Assembly (NCBI GenBank): GCA_013239625.1
Contig: MU053934.1
Span: forward strand, 3,614,399-3,678,398
Source of the DNA: Lama guanicoe
Lineage: Eukaryota
Length of the DNA stretch: 64,000 nt
Direction: 5' to 3'
The notes under the pieces are model-generated. The model saw only the letters and a list, made by a program, of their open reading frames with translations. It made no database searches and was not told the origin of the DNA. This document shows positions 12,501 to 23,940 of this stretch, piece by piece (position 1 is the first letter of the stretch; each line of letters starts with the position of its first letter). Made by a program: the position numbers and the translations under genes.

Positions 12501-15500
12501 TCTGGGCAGGGCTGTGTGTGCGTGTATAATACATAATGTGTGTGTATAACTGAATTACTGTGCTGTACACCAGAGACTAACACAACACTGTAAATCGACT
12601 ATACTTCAATTAAAAAAAAAAAAAAGGTTTCTGGGTGACTTGATCATAACTGGTGTGGGAGGATTGACCTGCCAGTGATATGTGGGTGGACTGGAGAGAC
12701 CGAGACAGGTACCAGTAAAGAATCCTAAGGAGGACCTGGAATAGGCCAGGAGTTCAGTAGAGCTGGAGGGAGGATGGGGAGAGACATTGGGAAGGTTAAC
12801 TGATGGGTATAATATAGACAAAGGGAGAAGTCAGAAGGTCTGTGCAGAGTGTACTTGGGAAGGTGAGGGGGCCACGTTGGCAATGAGGACCTCACAGTCC
12901 GTTTCATTTGACCCTGCACTAATCTCTGCCCCCCCCCCCAGATTAACAAACAGAATGAGCAGATGCACGCGCTGCTGGCCATCGCCCTCACCATGTACCC
13001 CATGCGTATCGACGAGAGCATTCACCTCCAGCTGCGGGAGAAGTACGGGGACAAGATGCTGCGCATGCAGAAAGGTGACCCGCAGGTCTATGAGGAGCTC
13101 TTCAGCTACTCCTGCCCCAAATTCCTGTCACCTGTAGTGCCCAACTATGACAATGTGCACCCCAATTACCACAAGGAGCCCTTCTTGCAGCAGCTGAAGG
13201 TGTTTTCTGACGAGGTGCAGCAGCAGGCCCAGCTCTCAACCATCCGCAGCTTCCTCAAGCTCTACACCACCATGCCTGTGGCCAAGCTGGCCGGCTTTCT
13301 GGACCTCACGGAGCAGGAGTTCAGAATCCAGCTTCTTGTCTTCAAACACAAAATGAAGAACCTGGTGTGGACCAGTGGCATCTCCGCTCTAGATGGCGAA
13401 TTTCAGTCAGCCTCCGAAGTTGACTTCTACATCGATAAGGTATGGCTGCCCCTGAGCTAGGTTCCTGGGGCACTGTCTGTTCATCCACTCAGCAGTTATT
13501 ATGTATTACGCACCCACTGTTGCGGGCGTTTGGGACATATCATTGAACAAAGATTTCTGCCCTCGTGCTGGTGTTCTGGTGTGAAAACGATAGGTGATAA
13601 GGTTATAATTAAGCAAACCTTGTAGTATCTTAGCAGTTGCCGCGTGCTGTGGGGTACGGGTGGCGGTGGTGGAAGGCACAGGATGCAATATTAAGTAAGG
13701 TGCTCAGGATAGACTTTGTTGAGGAAGTGAAATTGAAGCTGAGACTTGAAGGAGGTGAAGAAATTAGCCAAGCAAATATCTGGAGGAAGAGCATTCTAGG
13801 CAGAGGGAGCAGTTGGAGCTGAGGTCCTGAGGCAGGAGCAAGCCCAGTCAGCTGCAGTGTGGCTGGAGTGGCCCGGGAGAAGGCTGTGGTGGTGGGGGGG
13901 GGGGGTTGGAGAAGAAGGAGGGAGGATGCTTTGTAGACTTGGAAGTACTTTAGTACTAGAGTGGGAAGCCATCATCCTGGCTTCAACCACCCTAGATTGG
14001 TGCTGCCTGATTTTGAACATCATATAACGCAGTTACACGGTACGTACTGTTTCGTGTCTGGCTTCCTTTGCTCAACATTATATTTAAGAGAATCACCATC
14101 CAGCATCGTCACGTGTCGCAGTCGTTCAGCCACGCTTAGTGTTCTGTGATAGTCAGCGCCTACTGCAGTTATCAACTGCAGTCTTCCCAGTCTTTTGCTG
14201 ATGGACACTTGGGTGGTGTTTATCTGTTACAAACAGTACACATATGGTTTTATAGAGTGGCTGTCAACAGACCATTCAAGTTTTTTTTTTTTTAAAGCGA
14301 CACATTTGTATATGCTTGTATATTATGCAAAGAGTTATTTCTGGAAGGATTGCACAAGCAGCATAACAGTGGCTCCCCCTCAGAAAGGGAGGCAGGTTGA
14401 GGAGCAGTGTTAGTTTTCACTGTTGGATTTTAAGTTCAAGTTGGACGTTTTAATGTCCTAATGAGGTTTTTTTAAAGGACTAAGTTGTTTTGTTTTCTCA
14501 AGTGAGTTTTTTCAGACTTAAAATGTGCTGGACGCCTACAGTTGTTCTTTCCGTGAAATAACACACACACACACCCTTGTTTGCCCCATGTACATACACT
14601 CAAAAGGGAAGAAAATGTTCTATTCAGACATGTTCGGAACCCTGATGTGGACTGATAAAAATCAGTAGATCGGTATCCTTCATCTCTTTTGCAATATTCT
14701 AAGCCAGTAACTCTTAAATATTCTTTGTGCTCTATTCCCCTTCTGGAATTCTTTTTTTGGGAGCGAGGCGGGCAAGAAATGACGACTGTATTCCGAAAGC
14801 CAGGAGACCAAGAAGATGGTGGACTGGTGTCTCAAAGAACCATCTTGCCCAACTTAGAATTCAGGCTGCTTTTATACTAAAATGGGAGGGAATAGAGTCA
14901 GATATTTCCTGTTTGCGGTCAGCCTCCAGGGAGATGTGTTACTTGGAGTGCTTCTCTAATGTATGTTAGAGCTCACTCTGTCCTCCGTGTCTCTTAAACC
15001 CTTCTTTCATCTTTTTGTCTACTCTGTTCAGATAATTATCTTTTGATTGAACATTCTACCCCTGTTCATCTCTTTAGTTCTGTTTCTTGCTTTCTCTTTG
15101 TTTTGGAACTAATAGTGCAGTATTTCCTTATGTGCTTGGCTATTTTTTTTTTTAACCACATGTGGTTCATTGTCCTTGAAAATATATTAGTTGACATTCT
15201 TTGAAGCCTAGGATGAATATTGGTTCCTCTAGAGTGGATTTGCTTTTGCCTTTTCAAGGTTCCTGGGGATATTATCAGTCTGGGGCCACCACAGACTGAA
15301 CTCACAGCCTGAGGTCCCCAGACCAGCTAGGTGGGAAACCCAGGCTGTAGATTGTCAGAAGACTCACATCTCAGAGAGAGCTCTCTTTCTTCTTTTATGC
15401 TTCCCCCCCCCACCCTTGGCAAGCTTTGCTTGGTGTCAAGAATGGGATGGCAGTTCACTTCTGGACCACCTTTGGCTGAGGATACAACTCTTTAGAATCT

Positions 15501-18500
15501 CAGCATGACAAGGAGGATCTTCTGTTAGACTGTCCCACGTTTTCTAGGATTAGCAAATGCCCTCAGTGCAGAAGGGGCTTCTGTGATTTGCTCATAAAAT
15601 GATTTGTTTTCTCTTAAATGTTTTTTTAATTCTCTTGTCAGCTCTTTGATGCTATGGGGAAATTTTTAAAAATATCCTGCATTTTTGGTTATTTTCAGAA
15701 AATGTGTTGGTCTGTAACACATGTGTACACACACAACCCTAAGTGACAAATACTGCACAAGACCTGTACCGTGCCTGTGTGTGTGTTTATGCATTGCTAA
15801 CAACTGCTTTTTAAAATTAACTCTCAGCCCCATGTTCTAATGACAACCACCAGTCAAGCCAATATACAAAGCTTACTTTGAAGCTGTGAGATAAAAAATA
15901 ATCATGCACAGGAAACTGATAAGTCATTTGAGCCACTCTCACCTTTGTGGATGTTAATGCTCTTGATAATTATCCTTACAAAAGGCAGAAAATGAGCTCT
16001 AGCACAGCTAAGATGGGACTTGAGAAAAAAAAAGAGTGTTAGTCTAAGCATACTACTTTTTGCCGACAATTTTTAAAGAAAAAATTCACGTAACGAAGTT
16101 CACAACTTTAAAGGGTGTAATTCCGTGATTATTAGTATATTCACAATGTTGTGCAGCCATCTCCGCTGTCTTAATTCCACGATATTTCTGTCGTCCCAGA
16201 GAGAAACTCCCTGCCCATTAGCAGCATTCCCAATTCCGCCTTGTCCCCCAGTTCCTGGCAAGTCAGTAATCTGCTTTTCTCTGTGGGTTTGTCTTTTCTA
16301 GACATTTTCTAAAAATAGAATCATAAAATATGTGGCTTTTTAAGTTTGACTTCTTTTACTGAGCAGCTTTTCAAGTTTCATCCAGGTTGTAGCACGTATC
16401 AGTATTTTATTTTTTTTTAATGGCCGAATAATAATCTACTGTTTAGATACACCACACTTTGTGTATCCATTCATTAGTTGGTGGATAACTGAGCTGTTCT
16501 CACATTTTGGCTATCACGGATAACACTGCTGTGAGTTTTTGTGTACGAATTTTGTGTGAACAGATTCTCTTGGATAGAGCACCTAGTTGTGGAATTGCAT
16601 GATCAGTTTGGATAGTTTGTCCTGGAAGCTCATCTTGCTAAACCAGATCCTCTCATTTTAGAGTTTATGGCTTTTGGAAGGCTTGGTGTTTGGCAGAACT
16701 TGGCTATTCCTGCCTTGAACAGACTCACCAAAAGTAGAAACACGTCAGTAGTAGAAGTTTTTCAATGTTGTTTTAAGTTGTGTGTTTAAAAATCAAAACC
16801 GTCTGTCCTCTGCAGTATCACATCAACTACCTAAAGTCCTTTTCAGATTTGTTCCCAATACCTGACATTTACACGTTCTTTGGCGGTGTCAGTAACCTGC
16901 TCCCTGCCTCTAAGTGACCCGGCTGAACTAGTCCCAACCGTCTGGATGGCATAAAACACTTCTCCCCAGAGTTAGCAGCTTGGTTATTAACAAGTAAAAT
17001 TTTACTGTGAAGTTATATTCAGGTTGAGTTAATAATATGATTTCAAGTCCCTACATGAAGAAGTTTTTAATTGTATGTTTTTGTTTTTATCATTGTTTCT
17101 CATACTGGTTCAGGTTTATCTTCGGCAAAATGCTGCTTTCTGGGTTTTTTTGCCTTTTCTTTTTTCATCTTTGACTTGAAAAAAGTCTATTAAAGAGATT
17201 CAGAAAGTTCTTGGGTCTTAACCTAGATTATGTAGGAATTTACAAGTAAAATGGTGTTCAATAGAATATTTTGAACTAAAAACCAATCTAAAATGTAGAC
17301 TTAATTTGCAACCTTATACTGATTTTTTTGCAACTGTATACTCAGAAACAGTGTATGAGAATAAAATGCTGTTTTAAATGTTATTATTGCCAAAAGATTC
17401 ATGTTCATTAACAAGACTAGGAAATAAAAATAAATGAGTTAACAAGAAGAAAATAAAAATACAGCCCTCTAGAAAGAGTTGCTATTAATTGGTAACACTC
17501 TTCCAGAGGGTCTTCCCCCCTCTTGTTTTTGAGAAGCACTGTGGGGCTTCGTGTAGCACTCAGCATCACTGTTACTTGAAAGTCCGTAAGTGGCTGTTCT
17601 GCTGCTCTTCTCTGACTGCTTTTCCCATAGGACATGATCCACATCGCAGACACCAAGGTCGCCAGGCGCTATGGGGATTTCTTCATCCGGCAGATTCACA
17701 AATTTGAAGAGGTAGGAGGTCTGAGGGAGGGGTCTGTAGGCAGAGTTTAGGAACTGGGTGGGGAGTTTAAGGTATTTTTTTCTCCTCTCCTTTCTAATTT
17801 CAAGAAAGCCTGAAATTGGCCCTTTAAGTTTCTGAGCTAGACTGGCTGGCTGCTTGGGGTTTGGGGCGTGGGGGTGGGCCTGTAGGAGCTGCTGTGTCAG
17901 CCTTCTCTGGAGCATCTCTTTCCAAGATCTCCCTCTGCGGGTGGCAGGCGCTCCTCTCCTTTCCTAGTATTTCCTAATATGGGTGGATTCACTGCCTGCT
18001 CTTACCCATCCCCTCCCATTTGGCAGTTACTCTCCAACTTAGACAGGTCTGGCCAGTCTCTGCAGGCAGAGACCATGAAGTTCTGTTTTGACAAACTTGG
18101 TGCATTCTACGTGTTGCCCTTGGAGAAGTCTTATGGGTCACTTTCTGTGGCCATAGCTAGAGCCACTGTGTCCTGGTGCTTTTGAGTCCTCCAGCAGAGG
18201 TCACTGCTATGCTGTCATCTATGCTGCCAGACTCCTGCAGGATGATAATACAGTCCTGGCAGGTCGAGCCACCCTGAGTCCCTTTCCTGTCCATAAAATG
18301 GGCAGAGCGATATAGGGGGTGTGAAGGGCAGGTAGAAGAACAATCTGCATGAATTGTGTGGGGCCATAAGAATGTCAGGTGGAGGACCTCACCGAGGATT
18401 TACACGGACATAGCGGACACCCATGCCTGCATCAGAGACTCCTCTCCTGACATCGGAGGGGTGGCCTGGGATGCACACGATAGGAAAAGGTTTGGTGAAA

Positions 18501-18573
18501 CCCCCGTATCTGACTGCTTTTCTTTCTCTTCCAGCTCAATCGAACCCTGAAGAAGATGGGACAGAGACCCTGA
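482..18573 (+). CDS. EIF3L: Eukaryotic translation initiation factor 3 subunit L, 5'-partial: join(482-561,3097-3158,5653-5722,5919-5992,9144-9315,10887-11041,11812-11982,12942-13439,17631-17711,18535-18573)
   Basis: Ten GT-AG exons (1402 nt) splice in frame to [18 protein letters not shown]...[12 protein letters not shown], recognised as EIF3L. The first three exons are inferred to lie upstream of the window, so exon numbers are inferred. Confidence 0.97.
875..1710 (-). mobile_element. Old L1 fragment interrupted by a younger L1 3' end (~1108-1370)
   Basis: Typical antisense L1 ORF2/3' text (attcttttgcatgtggatatccag, tccagctttgttgttctttttca). The internal poly-T plus L1 3' UTR motif is shared with 9706 and 20824. 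Confidence 0.7.
2130..2675. mobile_element. ERV LTR, MER21-like
   Basis: gagaccacccccagttttgatgatttgctgggatgactc...ccagccaaggaccagctttactagcaggcctttctcaggataag resembles the MER21 consensus (from memory). Confidence 0.6.
3097..3158 (+). CDS. EIF3L: EIF3L coding exon (likely exon 5)
   Basis: tttcag|ATGCTG...GTCAGT|gtgagt; (D)[20 protein letters not shown]. Confidence 0.95.
3441..3610 (+). mobile_element. Tigger1 terminal fragment (TcMar DNA transposon)
   Basis: cgggcataccttggagatattacaggtttggtaccagaccactgcagtaaagc matches the Tigger1 end (from memory), preceded by TA. Confidence 0.75.
4844..5010. mobile_element. MER58-like hAT MITE fragment
   Basis: caggggtgagcagcctt...agggccaaacagtaagtattttaggtttt...ggctgtgttccagttaagcttttatttacaaaaac. 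Confidence 0.6.
5349..5564. mobile_element. Non-autonomous Tigger2-family MITE with both TIRs and TA TSD
   Basis: TA|cagttgacccttgaa ... ttcgagggtcagctg|TA, near-perfect terminal inverted repeats. Confidence 0.8.
5653..5722 (+). CDS. EIF3L: EIF3L coding exon (likely exon 6)
   Basis: ttacag|GGAGGA...ATTCTTA|gtgagt; [23 protein letters not shown]. Confidence 0.95.
5919..5992 (+). CDS. EIF3L: EIF3L coding exon (likely exon 7)
   Basis: gcacag|ATGCTG...TACCAG|gtatct; (N)[24 protein letters not shown]. Confidence 0.95.
7235..7396. repeat. Long imperfect inverted repeat (fold-back)
   Basis: Perfect 18-bp arms ctgctaacaaagactggc (7281-7298) and gccagtctttgttagcag (7327-7344), plus ~45-50 nt imperfect outer arms. 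Confidence 0.85.
8306..8440. mobile_element. MER5-like hAT MITE remnant
   Basis: ctggtttccaaacctgcatgtgtaccagaatcaaccagggagc...gaaccactg. Confidence 0.5.
8858..9018 (+). mobile_element. tRNA-Ala(AGC)-derived SINE (camelid Vic-1-like)
   Basis: GGGGAGGGTATAGCTCAAGTGGTAGAGC...CTTAGCATG...GGTTCAATCCCCAG with A/B boxes, a taaataaacctaattacctcccc tail and an imperfect TSD (aaagatcgctgttagaga / aaagatggctttgagaga). Confidence 0.85.
9144..9315 (+). CDS. EIF3L: EIF3L coding exon (likely exon 8)
   Basis: cgacag|TTTCAG...AGCGGGG|gtgagt; [21 protein letters not shown]...EVYTSG. Confidence 0.95.
9560..10610. mobile_element. Charlie1-type hAT transposon remnant
   Basis: tttttgcaaatctctttcatgtctgact...ctgcattcagtctgttgcaatatgctgttttgg...gaaatctagcctcacacagatat resembles Charlie1 (from memory). 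Edges approximate. Confidence 0.6.
9706..9775 (-). mobile_element. ~70-bp 5'-truncated L1 3' end with 14-bp TSD
   Basis: Poly-T plus aacatttttttattgagttatagtcattttacaatgtt, flanked by tggagtctcctgct at 9692-9705 and 9776-9789. Confidence 0.8.
10887..11041 (+). CDS. EIF3L: EIF3L coding exon (likely exon 9)
   Basis: tcgcag|GTGACC...AAGAAG|gtaatt; [37 protein letters not shown]...LNKK. Confidence 0.95.
11812..11982 (+). CDS. EIF3L: EIF3L coding exon (likely exon 10)
   Basis: ccacag|AGCATG...GAGATG|gtaagg; [27 protein letters not shown]...YKYEM. Confidence 0.95.
12512..12625 (+). mobile_element. L1 3' end with poly(A) tail
   Basis: tataactgaattactgtgctgtacaccagagactaacacaacactgtaaatcgactatacttcaatt followed by poly-A. 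Confidence 0.75.
12942..13439 (+). CDS. EIF3L: EIF3L coding exon (likely exon 11, PCI-domain region)
   Basis: cccag|ATTAAC...GATAAG|gtatgg; [20 protein letters not shown]...EVDFYIDK. Confidence 0.96.
14760..14945. mobile_element. Possible ERV LTR fragment
   Basis: gaagatggtggactggtgtctcaaagaaccatcttgccc...ggctgcttttatactaaaa resembles laurasiatherian ERV1 LTR text (from memory). Confidence 0.4.
16070..16610 (-). mobile_element. Old L1 (L1MB-like) 3' UTR fragment
   Basis: tagtatattcacaatgttgtgcagccatc...tagaatcataaaatatgtggc...tttcatccaggttgtagcacgtatcagt. Confidence 0.7.
17631..17711 (+). CDS. EIF3L: EIF3L coding exon (likely exon 12)
   Basis: ccatag|GACATG...GAAGAG|gtagga; [27 protein letters not shown]. 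Confidence 0.95.
18535..18573 (+). CDS. EIF3L: EIF3L last coding exon
   Basis: ttccag|CTCAAT...[18 protein letters not shown]. Confidence 0.95.
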   Translation, partial: LNRTLKKMGQRP

Positions 18574-18735
18574 GTACATTCACTCTTGCATTACTCAGAA
18601 ACGTGTCTTGATGTCATTGTAGTTGGGGAGTGTTTTTGCCTCCATGAAGCCTTCACCGAGCTCAGTGATTGGCCAGTCAGTCAACTGAGATGAAGTTTAT
18701 TTGAATCAAGGGCTGAAGTGTTTTAAATAGGTCTC

Positions 18736-18741
18736 AATAAA
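18736..18741 (+). terminator. EIF3L polyadenylation signal AATAAA
   Basis: Canonical hexamer ~160 nt after the stop codon, followed by U/GU-rich sequence (tttgtc, ttattgttgg). Confidence 0.8.
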
Positions 18742-20509
18742 GGATCTTTGGAACCAGATTTGTCATCTCCTTATTGTTGGGGAACATCTGTGGACAAGGG
18801 CAACAGTACATAATTTCCTGTGTGTCATGATACTTTTTCCTGATGCATCAGTTGTTGGTGTTTAAATTGAATTATTTAATCCCTGAATTCATGAAGCATT
18901 ATGCAGTATACAGGACATTTTCACATTCAGTGTCATTTGTATCGCACAAGAATCCTTTGAGCATTAATGACCTGCTGTAATTTGCATGCATGTTCGTGGA
19001 AGCCCTGGGTTTTAGGAAGGAACTACTGAACACCTGCTGCTGCCAGGGCTGTGCTAAGAAGAATCCATGTACATTGCCTGCACTTTCCAGCATGAGTTTA
19101 GTAGTAGTGTCCCCATTTCATTGATGAGGAAACAGACTTGGGCAGTGAAGTGACTTAATCAAGGTCACGTAGTTATAGAAAAGCTGAGTTTGCTCCAAAC
19201 TACTGTCTTCTGCCCAGATCTTCTGATCCTTCACACTGGAAACTTCAGTTTCTGTTGTATGCAGACTCTCCCACTCTCTGAGTTTGGGCCTACTGCTTGT
19301 CTGGAACCTTCACGGGCAGTCACAACCTAGTCATGTCTGTTTTTCACTCTGCCATCCGCCCCTTAACCATATGGGATCTGCCATCATGGGGACTTATCTG
19401 AGATGACATCTTCTGCACCTCAAAACCTGGCAGCCTACACTATTTGTTATCAGAGCTGATTTCTTATCAAAGTGCAGATAATACAGATCTGTGATGATTG
19501 AAAACCTCACTGAAACTGGTTGCCTCAGGCATCTCACCCAACCTACCCATCAAAGATAGGATATTTCTGGAGCTGTAAAACCTTTGTATTCCAGAGTAAG
19601 CCCGCAGAATGATCTGCACACCATTTATACATTTTCTCACCCTGGAGCCAGTAGCCTTGGAATCCTGATTTTATTGAGGCTTTAAATGAAGCTTAAGAGT
19701 AATTAACTTGTTCAAGGTCAAGGTATAGGTAATGAAGACAGGTCTTTTGTTTCCCAAACTTGTGTTTTTACTTTAGAAAGTCCTACCCTGAGACAGGCAG
19801 CAAGGGTGAATCAGCAATAGATAACCCATAAAAGTCTGTGCAAAATAAAGGGTGATTTCTGGGAACTTGGAAAGGCTCGGCTGGTGAGGCTGTGCCTTCC
19901 CTCCTGGTGCCAGGGTTGCTGTGAATTCTCAGGCTAGGCTTTGTGCTCACCTGCTACGTGGTTGGTTCGTTTTGAGTTTTCTGGTTTTAAGGGAGCTTGA
20001 GAGCATGGAAAGAGTCACTGACTTGAAGGGATGACACATGGTTTCAAGTCTAAATTGTGTCACTAATTTACCATGTGACTTCTGGGCGGGTAGTCTTGTC
20101 TGAAAGTGGAAGTTCTGTCTCCCCAGGTTGAGAGATGAAAATGGGTGTGAAAGTGCCGTGTTGCCCACTGCTGGGCCGAGCATCTGCGGGTCCTTAGTGT
20201 CTGCAGAGCTGGGCCTGCTCCAGGGGCTCAACATGGGGACTTGGATGGTTGGCAGTGGCTGGAGCAGGGCCATATGGCTTCCTCCTTATCCGAGGTGTTA
20301 CCTGTCACCCTGAGGTGGACACCAGTGTGGCTCTTGGGATGGAAGCTCCTGTTGGCAAGTCACTTTACCTCTAAACCCCGTTCCTTGTGTGTAAACAAAG
20401 TTAGAATCTGCTTTACTGGGATGAGGAACAGAGGAGATGCTCAGTTATTTCTCCCCCATGCTTGGCTCGTAAGCTCTTCTGTATCCTTTTTCCCTATTGA
20501 TACTGAACG

Positions 20510-21115
20510 CTGTAGTGGGTTGAATGCTGGTCTCCAAAAAGGTATGTCCATGTCCTAACCGCTGGAACATATCAGTGTGACATTTGGAAAAAGGTTCTCA
20601 TAGATGTGAGTTAAGGATCTCAAGATGGGCTATCCAAGTGGCCCCTAAATCCAATGACAAGTGTCCTTAGACACAGAGACACACAGGGAGAAGGGGACCA
20701 CATGAAGACAGGCAGAGATTAGCGTGATGCAGCCACCAGCTAAGGAATGCCTGGAGCCACCAGAAGCTCCAAGAGGCGAGGAAGGGCTCTCCCTTAGAGC
20801 TGACACCTTGATTTTGGACTTTTTTTTTTAACATTTTTTTATTGAATAATAGTCATTTTACAATGTTGTGTCAAATTCCAGTGTAGAGCACAGTTTTTCC
20901 GTTATACATGAACATACATATATTCATTGTCACATTTTTTTTTTTTTGCTGTGAGCTACCACAAGATCTTGTGTATATTTCCCTGTGCTATCCAGTATAA
21001 TCTTGTTTATCTGTTTGATTTTGGACTTTTGAGCTCAAGAACTGAGAGAATAAGTTTCTGTTTTCGCCACCAACTTTGTGGTCATTTGTTCCAGCAGCTC
21101 TAGGGGGCTAATACA
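20510..21115. mobile_element. MaLR solo LTR (MLT1-type) interrupted by an L1 3' end
   Basis: tgtagtgggttgaatg...ccctaaatccaatgacaagtgtcctt...ggagccaccagaagct...tgtggtcatttgttccagcagctctagggggctaataca, with TG...CA ends. Confidence 0.8.
20824..21014 (-). mobile_element. 5'-truncated young L1 3' end with 16-bp TSD
   Basis: Flanked by ttgattttggactttt at 20808-20823 and 21015-21030. Body is similar to 1108-1300. Confidence 0.85.
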
Positions 21116-21269
21116 GTCCCTGCTGTGTATCAGGCACTTTGTAGGATTTTATGCACTGAAGGTTGGATCCTTTTTCCCTTCAAGTAAGCCAGCCAGGCAC
21201 TGCTAGGCAAGAGGGAAATGGAAGTGGGTGAAAGACAAAATCCCTACCCACCAAAAAAGCTTTTTCTTT

Positions 21270-21720
21270 TTAATTAAAATAAAGGACAAGTCCCTGTCTT
21301 CATGGAGCTTGAATTCTAATGGGTAGAGACGGATGATTAACCATTTGTAGTATTTTGGATGCCGATTTATCTTGAGGAGAAAAATCAAGGGTAGGAGTTA
21401 CCATTTTGAATTGGATGGTCAGAAAAGATTACACTGATTGGTGTCATTTGGGCAGAACTGAAGGGGCAAGGAGGCCACATTGCAGATACCTGGGGAAAGT
21501 AATAGGAAGAGGGAACTGCATGTACAAAGGCCCTGAGGCCAGAGCATATTTTGTATGTTGAGAAAATACAATGAAAAGGCCAGTTGGAGCAGAGTGAACA
21601 AGGGGGAGGGAGAAAGAGGCCAGAGACTAGTGAAGTTCCTGATCGTACAGGGTCATATGGGTCTCGTGCAGACTCTCAGGGCTGTGACTTGAGTCTGAGC
21701 TGGGAGGCCATTCTCCACCA
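21270..21720. mobile_element. L2 fragment
   Basis: gacaagtccctgtcttcatggagcttgaattctaatgg...tgtacaaaggccctgagg...ggccagttggagcagagtga. Confidence 0.6.
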
Positions 21721-22659
21721 CAGAGATTATAGAACTTGTCCAAGTTCCCAGAGCTAAAGAGGAGCCAGAAGCAGCCCAAGAGGAACCCAGGTCAGCCCAA
21801 TTCTAAAGCCTGTGTTGTCTCTAGGACGCCATCCTGCAATTCAGCCCCACCTCTGAAAGGAAGGAAAAGCAAAAGCAGCCTCTTAGTTAATATGTAACAA
21901 GTCCAAACACTCAGAGAGCTCTTGGTAGCTTTCCAAGCATTTCATCTGTTACCTTGCTGGATTCTAACGAGTGGCAGAATCTGGATTCTGCCAAGCATTT
22001 TGATTACCAGGCTAGTGCCAACCAGGGCTCCTACCGCGCCCTGATGCCCGTCTACTATTCCCTGGCCTCGTTAAGAACGGCCCATCCAGCACCATTTCTC
22101 TTGTACCCACTACCAGTCCTGACATTTGGCAATGATGGCTCACAGGATAAGACCAAACCTGAGCACCCACGGGGTTAACTTGTTTTGAATTCACCACCAG
22201 AGCCTCATAGTTCATGTCAGAGTCTCCTGTCTCCATCACTAAAATTATCCCAGGTCAAGGTGTGTTGTGTCTGACACAGCTTCTCATCACTCTTCCTCCC
22301 TTGCCAGGGGATGGGCCATTTCAGGAGCCCAAGGTCACACAGAGCCAGTGTGTGAGCGCTGGCTTGGGCCGTTTCCCAGTGTCTTGGTCCAGGTCCAGCA
22401 GCAGAGCCGTGTAGTCGGCAGCCCTTGGGAGGAGGCAGGCACAGCTGAACTCCGCCTGGTACCACTTGAGGAATGCAGGGCATTAAGCAGCTGCAGCCAG
22501 CTCGCAGGATTTGTATCCCAGCTTGCCCACAGTAGAAGCAGCAGGTTCATAATCCCCCCATGCAGAAAAGGAGCGAGGGTTTTATTAGCAAGGGATGGGG
22601 ACCTCTGGGTAGTACCAGTGAGCAGAAGTTCCTGCACAGGCAAGAGAAGGCAGCATAGC

Positions 22660-22885
22660 AAAGTGTGTGGGCCTGGATTTGGTCAGACCTGGGTTTGAAT
22701 CCTGATTCCATGTACTGGCTGTTTTATCATGGGCCACGTTACTTGGCTTCTCAATGCCTCACTTTCCTCATCTATAAATGGGTGTAGCACCTCCCTCAGG
22801 ATCATTCCTTTGATTAAATTATATAAAGTACTTAACACAGTACCTGGCCACAGTGTGTGATTGGGGAATGAGGGCCATTATTATT
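22660..22885. mobile_element. MIR SINE
   Basis: cagacctgggtttgaatcctg...gcctcactttcctcatctataaatggg...agtacttaacacagtacctggc (MIR core). Confidence 0.7.
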
Positions 22886-23789
22886 AGCTGGCCATGACCT
22901 TGGAAGTCAGAGTCATGGGTTATACGTGTGGATCAGCATGGCTCCTTCATGGAGGAGCTGGGACTCGCAGCCTCCAGACTCACCTCAGGGCTTTCTCCAC
23001 TCCCTGATCCTGGGTGGACCGAAGGCAAGTCTGTGTAGAGATGGTGTAGAGGTGGGTTCAGAGAGAGGCTGAGACACTTGTCTGGAGTAGCCCAGCCACA
23101 GAGGAGCTGCAGCTCCTGGAGAGTGGTGGCAGCTGGTGTGCAGAGAGGTTAGAGATTTCAAAAGCCATTTGGGAAGTTACAGAGGGCAGTTGGCCAGATG
23201 TGTGGGGGTAGGGGGCAGGAGTTGCCTGGTCCCCTGGTTTTTGCAGCTGGGGAAACAGTGGAACTACAGGAAGCATGTGCAGGTGGGTAGAGAACTGGGT
23301 TCAGACATGAGTTCGAGGACCCTGTGGGACATCCAGGCAGAGATGCCCAGGGCGTAAGAACTTGGGCAGAGGCAGTGAACAAGCTGGGCTGGAACTCTGC
23401 TCTTCAGACCCCAAGATCAGAGCTGGTTCCTCATCACACTGACCAGCCTCTGGTGGCCTTGGCTTTCTTCCTGTAGCATCTCTCTGTCTTCCTCATACAC
23501 TAGACTGCCAGCCCAAGATGGGGCTTCTCTTTCTGGGACAGCCTTGGCCTTGAGAGGATACTGACCACATTCTCATCTGCAAAATGAGGCAGTGGGCCCA
23601 GCTGTTGTCTGAAGGCTGCAGCCCTGCAGTTCTATAATTCTGGGTAACATCCTAGGATCTAAATGGGCCAGGAACCCCATGAATATCTGAGAAAAGGGAG
23701 GCAGAATTTGGGACCAATGGCCTTTACGGTAAAGAGAATTAGTTGAATGAATGATGAAATGCACAAGGAAGTGAGTGAACAGGCATCAC

Positions 23790-23940
23790 AAAATGGGATC
23801 AATACCTTGTAATAGCCTATAATGAAAAAGAATATGAAAAGGAATATATATATGTATATATATGTATAACTGAATCACTCCGCTGTATACCAGAAATTAA
23901 CATAACACTATGAACAGACTATATTTCAATTTAAAAAATT
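23790..23940 (+). mobile_element. L1 3' end
   Basis: caataccttgtaatagcctataatgaaaaagaatatgaaaaggaatatatatatg...tataactgaatcact...ctgtataccagaaattaac. Confidence 0.75.
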
